The notes beneath the pieces were generated by a model. The model saw only the letters and a list, made by a program, of their open reading frames with translations. It made no database searches and had not been told where the DNA came from. The translations under genes and the position numbers were made by a program. From positions 90,310 to 154,309 of the forward strand of contig CAYYUV010000001.1 in NCBI GenBank assembly GCA_964474405.1: a stretch of DNA of 64,000 nt, given 5' to 3'. This document shows positions 56,119 through 64,000 of this stretch, one piece after another (the first letter of the stretch is position 1; each line of letters begins with the position of its first letter). This stretch comes from an uncultured Oscillospiraceae bacterium. GTDB taxonomy: Bacteria > Bacillota > Clostridia > Christensenellales > CAG-138.

Positions 56119-56744
56119 GCTTGATTCGCCTCCTTATCCTTATTGGCTTCGATTTTGCCGGTGATGAGGTTGATGACAAACAGCATCAGCCCAAACACGA
56201 TAAATCCGCCCGCCGGCAGGATCGTCAGCAGCATCGGTTCATACCCGCTTCCGAGCACGGACAGGCCGAATATCGAGCCAGCGCCGATCAGCTCACGGAT
56301 GATGCCCATCAGCGTAATGGCTATGGTAAAGCCCAGTCCCATGCCCGCGCCGTCAACCGCGGAGAGCAGCACGCCATTTTTGGAGGCAAACGCCTCCGCG
56401 CGCGCCAGAATGATGCAGTTGACCACAATCAGCGGGATAAACAGCCCGAGCGATTCATACAACGAGGGAATGAACGCCTGCAAAAGCATCTGCACCATCG
56501 TCACGAACGTGCAGATAACTACGATGAACGCCGGGATGCGGATCTTGTCCGGGATGAAATTACGCAAAAGCGAAATGACGGCGTTGCTGCCGATCAGCAC
56601 AAACGTTGCGGCCAATCCCATGCCGACACCGTTGATGGCGCTTGTGGTAACCGCCATCGTTGGGCAGGTGCCGAGCACGAGCCGGAACGTCGGGTTTTCA
56701 GAAATAAGGCCGTTCAAAAAGACCGATTTTACTGTCTTTTTCAT
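56115..56744 (-). CDS. rnfE: Rnf complex subunit E
   Basis: NGLISENPTFRLVLGTCPTMAVT is the typical RnfE N-terminus. Confidence 0.97.
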   Translation of the reverse strand: MKKTVKSVFLNGLISENPTFRLVLGTCPTMAVTTSAINGVGMGLAATFVLIGSNAVISLLRNFIPDKIRIPAFIVVICTFVTMVQMLLQAFIPSLYESLGLFIPLIVVNCIILARAEAFASKNGVLLSAVDGAGMGLGFTIAITLMGIIRELIGAGSIFGLSVLGSGYEPMLLTILPAGGFIVFGLMLFVINLITGKIEANKDKEANQA

Positions 56745-56749
56745 ATCTT

Positions 56750-57280
56750 CTAACCTCCGATCTCGGCGGAAAGCATGGCAAGGAGCGCGTTGACCTCGCC
56801 AGTGACCGCACGCGAACTGATCGTTGCGGATGTGACCGCATCGACCGTGCCGCCGTCCTTTTTGAGCGCGATCTGTCCGCTCATGCCGATGAACTGGTCA
56901 CGGAACGCGGCTTCCTTGGTGCGCGCGCCGAGGCCGGCGGTCTCCGAAAAGTTGGTTCCGCCCACAGTCACGCCGGTGATCTCGCCGTCCAGGTTCATGC
57001 CGACGGTCACCTCGATCTCTCCGCCGTAGCCCTTGCATACGCCGGTCGTGGCATAGCCGCACAGCACGCCTGTCTTGTCATAGCCCATAAACACGCCGGT
57101 CTGCGCCTTTTCGACAAAGGTGGCTGCGTCGGGCAGCACGGCCGCGCGCGCGGCGTTGGCGGCCTCAACCTGCTGCTGTTCAATCGGCGCTTTGGTCACG
57201 GCGTACACCGCGCCCAGCGCAAGCCCGGCAATCAATGCAATGACAAGCAGCTTCCAACACAGGGTCCATGTTTCACGCAT
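56750..57280 (-). CDS. rnfG: Rnf complex subunit G (FMN-binding)
   Basis: VDAVTSATISSRAV FMN attachment motif. Confidence 0.93.
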   Translation of the reverse strand: MRETWTLCWKLLVIALIAGLALGAVYAVTKAPIEQQQVEAANAARAAVLPDAATFVEKAQTGVFMGYDKTGVLCGYATTGVCKGYGGEIEVTVGMNLDGEITGVTVGGTNFSETAGLGARTKEAAFRDQFIGMSGQIALKKDGGTVDAVTSATISSRAVTGEVNALLAMLSAEIGG

Positions 57281-58184
57281 GCGTTTTCACCTCCCCATAA
57301 ACGCGCGGTTTGAGCGCGCGGTCGATCAGCGGCGTCACAACGTTCATCAGCAGAATCGCATAGGTTACGCCCTCAGGATAGCTGCCGAACCGGCGGATGA
57401 CCGCGACCAGCAAGCCGCAGCCGCAGCCGAAGATCAGCTGACCTGCCCGGGTCATGGGGTTGGTGACGTAATCCGTCGCCATGAACACCGCACCGAACAG
57501 CAGCCCGCCGGACAGCATGGCACGGATGGGATCCAGACCGAATATAAGGGCAAAGAGCAAAAATGAGCCGATGAACGCCACCGGCACATGCCAGCTGACA
57601 ACGCCCGTGATCAGCAGATACACAAGTCCCAGCAGGATAGCGACCTTGCACACCTCGCCGAGGGAGCCGGGAATCCGGCCGATAATGAGGTCGATCGTGG
57701 GATACGCGCCCGCATCGACAAGGGGCGTCGCCGCGCTGATTGCATCAACGCCGGCGGGCGAAGAATACGCGGTCATCCGCGCCGGCCACGATGCAAGCAG
57801 CACCGCACGGGCGGCCAGCGCCGGGTTGAGAAAGTTGCAGCCGATGCCGCCGAATAGCTGCTTGACCAGCACGATGGCGATCGCGCTGCCAACCAGGATC
57901 ATCCACCATGGCGCGGTGGCGGGAAGGTTCAGACCGAGGATCAACCCGGTCACGACGGCGGACAGATCATTGATGCTGATCTTGCGCTTGGCAATGAGCT
58001 GGGAAAGCAGCTCAAACGCCACGCAGGACACCGTGGATATGGCCAGCACGCGTACCGCCTGCCAGCCAAACAGCCAAATGGCGGCGACCGTCACGGGCAT
58101 CAGCGCCGCGATAACCGTGGCCATGATGCCGGTGGTGGACAGCTTGTTCCGAATATGCGGAGCGGGGGTAACAGTATATGTCAT
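57273..58184 (-). CDS. rnfD: Rnf complex subunit D
   Basis: PAPHIR...DAISAATPL...FMATDYVT RnfD motifs. GGAGG RBS at ATG 58184. Confidence 0.96.
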   Translation of the reverse strand: MTYTVTPAPHIRNKLSTTGIMATVIAALMPVTVAAIWLFGWQAVRVLAISTVSCVAFELLSQLIAKRKISINDLSAVVTGLILGLNLPATAPWWMILVGSAIAIVLVKQLFGGIGCNFLNPALAARAVLLASWPARMTAYSSPAGVDAISAATPLVDAGAYPTIDLIIGRIPGSLGEVCKVAILLGLVYLLITGVVSWHVPVAFIGSFLLFALIFGLDPIRAMLSGGLLFGAVFMATDYVTNPMTRAGQLIFGCGCGLLVAVIRRFGSYPEGVTYAILLMNVVTPLIDRALKPRVYGEVKTHA

Positions 58185-58189
58185 GTGGC

Positions 58190-59512
58190 TCACCTCCTGC
58201 TTCTGGCGGCCAGGGTATCCTTGGCCAGCTTGCATGCCGCGGTCAGTCGTCGGGACGCGGGGCAGGAATAGCTGCACGCGCCGCAGGCGATGCAGTCCAT
58301 CACATGCTCGCCCTCCGCCTTGTCCCAATCGCTGTGCTCGACGGCAAATTTGACCGCATACGGCCTAAGCCCGATCGGGCAGGCCTGAACGCAGCGTGCG
58401 CAGCGGATGCAGGCTCCCTCCTCGTTCTCTCTGGCCATGTCCTCGTCGAACAGCAGAATGCCGCCCGAGGCCTTGGCAACCGCCGTATCGGCGTCGGAAG
58501 CGCAGGCAAAGCCGGTCATCGGCCCGCCCGCGATCAGCTTCTTCAGTGTGCCATTCGGCCCGCCGCAGAAGGTAATCGCATCGTGGAACGAGGTGCCGAT
58601 CCTCAGCCGCAGGTTTTTCGGCTGCATAACGGCGCCCGTTACGGTCGTAATGCGCTCCACCGACGGCTTGCCAAGAAGCACGGCATCGGCGACGGCGGCT
58701 GCCGTCTGTACGTTAAAGACCAGCGCACCCACGTCGATGGGCAGTTTTTTCTGAGGCACCTGCCGGTGCGTTACGGTTTCGATGAGCTGTTTCTCACCGC
58801 CCTGCGGGTATCTGGTTGGCAGCGCGCGCACCTTGATGCCGGGCAGTCCCTCCACGGCTTTTGTCATGGCCGCCACGGCCGCCTGCTTGTTATCCTCAAT
58901 GGCGATCACACCGGTATCGACGCCGGCCGCCTTCATCAGAAGCCGCAGACCGTTGACAATGCGCAGAGGCTCCTCCTGCATCAGCCGGTCGTCACAGGTC
59001 AAAAACGGTTCGCATTCCGACCCGTTGATGATCACAATTTCGGCCTTCTTGCCCTCGGGGATTGCCAGCTTCACGGCGGCGGGGAAGGCCGCGCCGCCCA
59101 TGCCGACGACGCCCGCTTCGCGCACCGCGCGGATGATGTCCGCCGGCTCTGCTGTCTCAAGCGTGCCTGCTGGCGTCATAGGCGCCCATTCGTCGAGCCC
59201 GTCGGACTCAATGACAACGCAGGGCTCCGGATGTCCCTTGAGAAGCTGGCGCGGCTCCACGGCCGTGACGGTTCCCGAGACGGATGCATGCACCGGCACG
59301 CCCAAAAACCCGTTTGGCGTGCCGATCAACTGTCCGGCGAGGACATGATCCCCCTTTTGGACACAAGCCGTCGACGGTGCGCCGAGGTGCATGCCCATGG
59401 GTATGACTACCGTCCCGGCAAGGTACGGCTCGATGGCGCTGTGCATGGCCAACGGCTTGCCTTCCTGGGAACGGTGCAGCGGCTTGACGCCGCCACGAAA
59501 CGTTTTTGCCAA
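58190..59512 (-). CDS. rnfC: Rnf complex subunit C
   Basis: FRGGVKPLH N-terminus, GMGGAAFP, and two 4Fe-4S motifs (CIRCARCVQACP, CIACGACSYSCP). TTG start 7 nt after GGAGGGG. Confidence 0.96.
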   Translation of the reverse strand: MAKTFRGGVKPLHRSQEGKPLAMHSAIEPYLAGTVVIPMGMHLGAPSTACVQKGDHVLAGQLIGTPNGFLGVPVHASVSGTVTAVEPRQLLKGHPEPCVVIESDGLDEWAPMTPAGTLETAEPADIIRAVREAGVVGMGGAAFPAAVKLAIPEGKKAEIVIINGSECEPFLTCDDRLMQEEPLRIVNGLRLLMKAAGVDTGVIAIEDNKQAAVAAMTKAVEGLPGIKVRALPTRYPQGGEKQLIETVTHRQVPQKKLPIDVGALVFNVQTAAAVADAVLLGKPSVERITTVTGAVMQPKNLRLRIGTSFHDAITFCGGPNGTLKKLIAGGPMTGFACASDADTAVAKASGGILLFDEDMARENEEGACIRCARCVQACPIGLRPYAVKFAVEHSDWDKAEGEHVMDCIACGACSYSCPASRRLTAACKLAKDTLAARSRR

Positions 59513-59602
59513 GTGTTTACCCCTCCTTGTGCGTTTGTTTGCTTGCTTACTATATCAGGCGAAGTCCTGTCGCCCGGTTTTTTTCAAACGATTTTTGACC
59601 TG

Positions 59603-60304
59603 TTATGTGGTGGGAACCATGCCGAGAAACGGATTGATGCGATAGAAGAAGCCGCCCAGCAGCGATTCATCGATAAATTTCGACAGCTGCGGCACAATGG
59701 TCAGAAACACAGGCACCAGCATGCACAGCAACCAGACCAGAAGGATGCCGTGCAGAAACCCGATGCCACAGGAGAACAGCGGGTCAAACCGTTGCAGCAC
59801 CGGCAGTCCGTCGGAGCCATAGTCGATCGTGCGCAGCACAAAGCCCATAAACAGCCGCAGAATGATAAACAGCAGCAGCAGCGACAGGATGTTGATCACA
59901 ACATCCACGATGGTTTGGTTGAAATAATCGCCAAGCGTCAGGATGCCGTCCCGTTCATAGACCGCGGAGGCGACGTTCTTTTTGACGGCGCGATCCATCG
60001 GCGAGGGCATATCTGCGTTGTCTACGATCAGCGTCATCGTTTCGTCGTTGACGTCGGAGACGGCCACATGTACCAGTTCCACGCTGGTATCGCAGACATA
60101 TTCATAGCCCTCGAAGTAATAGAGCATCATCTTATATACGTTCTCATGGCTTTTGAATGCCTTGGCCGGAATGGGGATGCAGGCCAGCGCCAGAAAGAAA
60201 GCCAACACGGTCAACCCGAGATTGATGGTGGAATAGATGACGCCGCGATAGTAGCCTGCAAGGACTGCCAGTGACAGCACCAATAGAATGACAAAATCGA
60301 CCAT
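59603..60304 (-). CDS. cvpA: CvpA family membrane protein
   Basis: MVDFVILLVLSLAVLAGYYRG N-terminus and 4 TM. GGAGGG RBS. Confidence 0.85.
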   Translation of the reverse strand: MVDFVILLVLSLAVLAGYYRGVIYSTINLGLTVLAFFLALACIPIPAKAFKSHENVYKMMLYYFEGYEYVCDTSVELVHVAVSDVNDETMTLIVDNADMPSPMDRAVKKNVASAVYERDGILTLGDYFNQTIVDVVINILSLLLLFIILRLFMGFVLRTIDYGSDGLPVLQRFDPLFSCGIGFLHGILLVWLLCMLVPVFLTIVPQLSKFIDESLLGGFFYRINPFLGMVPTT

Positions 60305-60365
60305 GGACTTCCCTCCTTCCGGTAGACATGGCAGCGCGCGCCCCCGCACGCTGAGAAAAACAGGC

Positions 60366-61475
60366 TTATTGCTTGACCGAGCAAAGGAAGCAGCCTTCCT
60401 CCGTTTCGATCATGAACTGTGTCTCGTTGACCCGCATCGCCGTAAGCGGCGTATAGGCCGTTTCAATCGCCAGCTGGTTAATTCCGCTGTTGGAATAGGA
60501 GTACAGGTGTCCCGTTGTGACACAGCGAATGCCGCCGTTTTGAAAAAACGCGCTGACAAGCGTTTCCGGCACATGGATGGATACGATCGAGTCCGTTGCA
60601 TAATCGGTCTCGCTGACCGTCAGCATGTGGATGGTCTGACGTTCGTTCTCGTCGCGCGGCATGAGCAGGAAATAGACCGTTCCGTCCGTGGCATACATGT
60701 CCGTTACCTTTAGGCCGTAGATGCGCACGCGGTATTTTTCCTTGCTGCCGGCAAAGGAGTAGCGGATGATGCTCTGCGTCCCCACGATGAAGATGCTGTT
60801 CTCCGTAAAGTACAGCTTTTCGATAATCTGATCGTAAAACAGCGGGAAGTAGCTCAGGCTGCCGCCCGTGGTATAGTCATACATCTTGATGGTCGTCACC
60901 GGGATCGATTGCTGGATCGACACGCCGATTACCCACAAAAGCTCCTTGCCGTTGTCGGAATAGAAGCCGAAGCTGACCACGCGGTAATCCGAAAAATCAA
61001 GCGCGTTGCCGACTGGCGCGCCGTCCTTATCGAGCACGGCAATGCTCTCATTGCCGCTTGCCGTGTTGGCACGGAGCACCGCAACGTGCGATTCGCCGCA
61101 GCATACGGAGCGGATGTTGCCGGACAAAGCTACGCTCTGCTTGCCGCGCACCTGTACCACGTTGTCCTTATAGACAGCCAGCAGCGTGGGCGAAAAATCA
61201 TACCCGTCAATGCCGTTGTACAGCGGGCTTTCGAGCGCTTCGTTCCGATCCACCCGATATTCCACCAGCGAGGAGCCGGTGTCGTAAGCGATGACGTTGT
61301 TCTCCGCACGATAGGTCGCGTTTTGATCGATGGGCAGCTCGGTATAGAGAAGAGAGGCATCGCTGTTGCCGAAAAGAAGATACAGCGCGGCGCCGCCCGC
61401 CGCCAGCACGACCACCACCGCAACCACAATCAGGATGACGCGGGACAGACGAAGCTTGCGCGCTCCCTGACTCAT
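60366..61475 (-). CDS. Membrane-anchored hypothetical protein (DUF5711-like)
   Basis: N-terminal TM VILIVVAVVVVLAAGGAALYLLF, then a beta-rich ectodomain. The start overlaps the upstream stop (ATGA). Confidence 0.72.
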   Translation of the reverse strand: MSQGARKLRLSRVILIVVAVVVVLAAGGAALYLLFGNSDASLLYTELPIDQNATYRAENNVIAYDTGSSLVEYRVDRNEALESPLYNGIDGYDFSPTLLAVYKDNVVQVRGKQSVALSGNIRSVCCGESHVAVLRANTASGNESIAVLDKDGAPVGNALDFSDYRVVSFGFYSDNGKELLWVIGVSIQQSIPVTTIKMYDYTTGGSLSYFPLFYDQIIEKLYFTENSIFIVGTQSIIRYSFAGSKEKYRVRIYGLKVTDMYATDGTVYFLLMPRDENERQTIHMLTVSETDYATDSIVSIHVPETLVSAFFQNGGIRCVTTGHLYSYSNSGINQLAIETAYTPLTAMRVNETQFMIETEEGCFLCSVKQ

Positions 61476-62365
61476 GCCTGCGCCGCCTTCACGCGCACCG
61501 TCAGCGCCTTGTCAAGAATGGATATGGTGACCGGCGTCCCCGCAATCCGCTCCCCGTCCACATCAAGACGGGAGACCGGCTCACAGACGGCCGTCATTTT
61601 TTTCGCTTTGAGATATGTCACGTATTTGGTACCCAAATGCTTTCCTTTCAAAAACTTCGGCAGCACCGCGAGCATCTTTGGAAACTCAGTATCGTGGATG
61701 ATACAGATGTCCAACAGCCCGTCGGAGGGATCGGCCAGAGGTGTGACCATCATGCCGCCGCCAAAATGAGAGCCGTTGCCCGCGGCAACAAGCAGCGCGT
61801 TCTTGGTAAAAGGCTCGCCGTCATCGATGGTGATGACGGTTTTTCGCAGCGTTGGTTTGACAATGGCGCGCAAAAGCCCGGCCAAATAGGCCAGCTGTCC
61901 GTTTGGTATTTTTTTCTTGTAATGCTCCACATGATCCAATACGTCAACGTCAAATCCAAACCCGGCCACGTTGACAAAGCGCTGCTCGTTGGCCGCGCCC
62001 GCATCCACCGCCCGGTTGCACCCGTTCAACAGGATGTCCACGGCGGCTTCAATATCGGTGGGAATGCCGAGCGGCCTCACAAAATCGTTGCCCGTGCCGC
62101 AGGGAACGATGCCCATGGGGATGCCGGTTCCCAAAAGCCCCAGTGCCACCTCGCGCACCGTGCCGTCACCGCCGATCGCGCAAATCAGCCCGTACCCGCC
62201 CTGCGCGCCTTCGCGCGCCAGCTCGGTCGCATGCAGCGGATACTGCGTCAGCCGGGCGTCGTAATCCACGCCGAGCGAATCAAGGATCGAACGAACCTCG
62301 ACAAGCGCGGCGGAGGATGCGCCGTTTCCGGCAACGGGATTGCAGATCAGCAGCAGCTTTTTCAT
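61472..62365 (-). CDS. Diacylglycerol kinase family lipid kinase (YegS/BmrU type)
   Basis: LLLICNPVAGNG and AIGGDGTVREV motifs. Confidence 0.93.
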   Translation of the reverse strand: MKKLLLICNPVAGNGASSAALVEVRSILDSLGVDYDARLTQYPLHATELAREGAQGGYGLICAIGGDGTVREVALGLLGTGIPMGIVPCGTGNDFVRPLGIPTDIEAAVDILLNGCNRAVDAGAANEQRFVNVAGFGFDVDVLDHVEHYKKKIPNGQLAYLAGLLRAIVKPTLRKTVITIDDGEPFTKNALLVAAGNGSHFGGGMMVTPLADPSDGLLDICIIHDTEFPKMLAVLPKFLKGKHLGTKYVTYLKAKKMTAVCEPVSRLDVDGERIAGTPVTISILDKALTVRVKAAQA

Positions 62366-62497
62366 ATCGTCTCCCACAAGCTGTTTTTATACACGCAACT
62401 ATTATAGCACAGCTTTTTTTGCGTCACAAGTGGCGGGCGCGGAAATTGACGTCGGCTTGACATCCGGCTCCTTATTCTGATTTTTTCTTTGCAGCGC

Positions 62498-62526
62498 TTG
62501 ACTTTTCTTTTTGCATTCAGTAAAAT
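62498..62526 (+). promoter_or_regulatory. Sigma-70-like promoter of rny
   Basis: TTGACT (62498-62503), 17-nt spacer, TAAAAT (62521-62526). Confidence 0.55.
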
Positions 62527-62689
62527 ATTTGTGAGTAATCCTGCACTGCTATGTGCGTTCATAGATATTATTCGCTGAGTAGTTACGGGGGCATCCCCTT
62601 TTCATACAGCTTATCAGCATCAGCAACATTTATGAGTGGCCGAGCAGCTTTGCTCGGTTACATTTTTATAGATAGATGGGAGAAGACGG

Positions 62690-64000
62690 ATGAGCATACC
62701 GTGGTATGTTGCGGTCATCGTCGGGGTTGTGGCAGTGGCTGTGGGAATTCTTGTCGGGTATTTGTACCGCAAGAATGTGGCGGAGGCCAAGGTCGCCAAG
62801 GCGGAGGACGCCGTAAAGAAGCTTTATGAGGATGCGCAGAAGCGCGCCGAGGAGATTCGCAAGGAAAAGATCCTCGAAGCAAAGGAAGAAGTTTTCAGGC
62901 TTCGCACCGACGCGGAAAAGGAAAACCGCGAACGCAGAAGCGAACTGCAACGCACAGAACGTCGGCTTTTTCAGCGGGAAGAAACGCTGGATAAAAAGAT
63001 CGAAGCCGTTGAGCAGCGTGAGACCACGCTGCATGAGCGGGCGGAAGCGCTCGACAAACAGGAACAGGAGGTTTCCCTGCTGCACCAAAAGCAGCTTGAG
63101 GAGCTGGAGCGCATTTCCGGCCTCTCGATGGACGCCGCCAAGGAAATGCTGCTTGCCAACGTCGAGCACGATGCGCGTCACGACGCGGCAATTTTGATTC
63201 GCGATATCGAACAGCGCACACGGGAAGAGGCGGACAAGCGCGCAAGAAACATTGTGTCGCTGGCCATTCAGCGCTGTGCCGCCGACCATGTTGCGGAGAC
63301 GACGGTATCCGTGGTGCCGCTGCCGAACGATGAGATGAAGGGCCGCATCATCGGCCGTGAAGGACGCAACATCCGTGCGCTGGAGACGGCGACCGGCGTG
63401 GATCTCATCATCGACGATACGCCGGAAGCGGTTATTCTGTCGGCCTTCGATCCGGTGCGCCGCGAGGTTGCACGGATTTCGCTCGAAAAGCTCATCATGG
63501 ACGGACGGATTCATCCCGCCCGCATCGAGGAGATGGTCGAGAAGGCCAAGAAAGAGGTTGACACCCAGATCCGCGAGGCCGGCGAAGCCGCCGTGCTCGA
63601 GGTTGGCGTCAACGGGCTGCATCACGAGCTGGTTCGTTATCTCGGCCGGATGCGTTATCGCACCAGCTACGGCCAGAACGTGCTGCGTCATTCGATCGAG
63701 GTTGCGCATCTTGCCGGCATCATGGCGGCGGAGATCGGCGCGAACGTGACCCTTGCAAAGCGTGCCGGCCTGCTGCATGATATCGGAAAATCCATCGATC
63801 ACGAGGTTGAGGGATCGCACGCGCAGATTGGCGCGGATCTTGCCAAAAAATACCGGGAAAACAATCAGATCATTCACGCCATCATCGCCCATCACGGCGA
63901 TGTGGACGCCACCACCGTCGAGGCGGTTCTGGTGCAGGCGGCGGACGCCATATCGGCGGCGCGGCCCGGTGCGCGGCGTGAAACGCTGGAGACCTATATC
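62690..64000 (+). CDS. rny: Ribonuclease Y (3' end outside window)
   Basis: My own translation from ATG 62690: [40 protein letters not shown]... (TM plus coiled coil), KH motif [34 protein letters not shown], and HD motif LLHDIGKS. The frame is open to base 64000. It is absent from the ORF track, presumably because no stop falls inside the window. Confidence 0.95.
   Translation, partial: MSIPWYVAVIVGVVAVAVGILVGYLYRKNVAEAKVAKAEDAVKKLYEDAQKRAEEIRKEKILEAKEEVFRLRTDAEKENRERRSELQRTERRLFQREETLDKKIEAVEQRETTLHERAEALDKQEQEVSLLHQKQLEELERISGLSMDAAKEMLLANVEHDARHDAAILIRDIEQRTREEADKRARNIVSLAIQRCAADHVAETTVSVVPLPNDEMKGRIIGREGRNIRALETATGVDLIIDDTPEAVILSAFDPVRREVARISLEKLIMDGRIHPARIEEMVEKAKKEVDTQIREAGEAAVLEVGVNGLHHELVRYLGRMRYRTSYGQNVLRHSIEVAHLAGIMAAEIGANVTLAKRAGLLHDIGKSIDHEVEGSHAQIGADLAKKYRENNQIIHAIIAHHGDVDATTVEAVLVQAADAISAARPGARRETLETYI

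Noticed and set aside
58178-60274. 698-aa ORF on the plus strand
   Set aside because: It is antisense to rnfC and cvpA, both of which have strong motifs and RBSs on the minus strand.
62666-63895. 409-aa ORF on the minus strand, the only long ORF the track offers here
   Set aside because: My own translation of the plus strand from ATG 62690 gives an unmistakable RNase Y (TM, KH and HD domains) that is open to the end of the window. The minus-strand ORF is its shadow.

Overview
This is a 64-kb chromosomal segment from a high-GC (roughly 60% by eye) Gram-positive anaerobe. It is probably a member of the Clostridia (Oscillospiraceae/Ruminococcaceae-like), inferred from the rnfCDGEAB operon, YlmC/YmxH, RNase Y, NrdR and a Bce-type module. 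I call about 58 densely packed protein-coding genes, most of them housekeeping. They include: a sugar ABC permease tail; a GGDEF(degenerate)-EAL protein; the dGTPase-dnaG-rpoD macromolecular-synthesis cluster; pgeF-nrdR; pckA; a CoA-transferase; the livJHMGF branched-chain amino-acid ABC transporter; an asparaginase; an IMPDH-family gene; HAD, DUF2461 and Pr6Pr genes; a nuclease-DinG helicase; BceRS/BceAB-like genes plus a MATE transporter; a three-gene GlpA-like FAD oxidoreductase cluster; a P-type ATPase; a Fur-family regulator; dsdA; trkHA; malQ; psuG; rnfCDGEAB; cvpA; a lipid kinase; and the 5' part of rny, which is missing from the ORF track because it has no stop in the window. I saw no rRNA, tRNA, CRISPR array, integrase or transposase. 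The many long antisense ORFs in the track are high-GC shadow ORFs. The one clearly accessory-looking locus lies at 13.5-16.2 kb. It holds a standalone reverse transcriptase with an intact YSDD active site, translationally coupled to a GNAT acetyltransferase that has a 2-TM tail. A structured 172-nt spacer closed by a perfect 12-bp inverted repeat precedes it, and a 25-bp direct repeat pair follows it. This is my best candidate for an undescribed RT-based (defence-like) system. Secondary leads are: a Val/Leu/Ile-rich leader ORF plus attenuator upstream of the liv operon; a terminator-containing leader upstream of the P-type ATPase; a palindromic operator and hairpin leader at the glpA-like operon; a frameshifted HD-domain gene; and an AT-rich island carrying nested inverted repeats.
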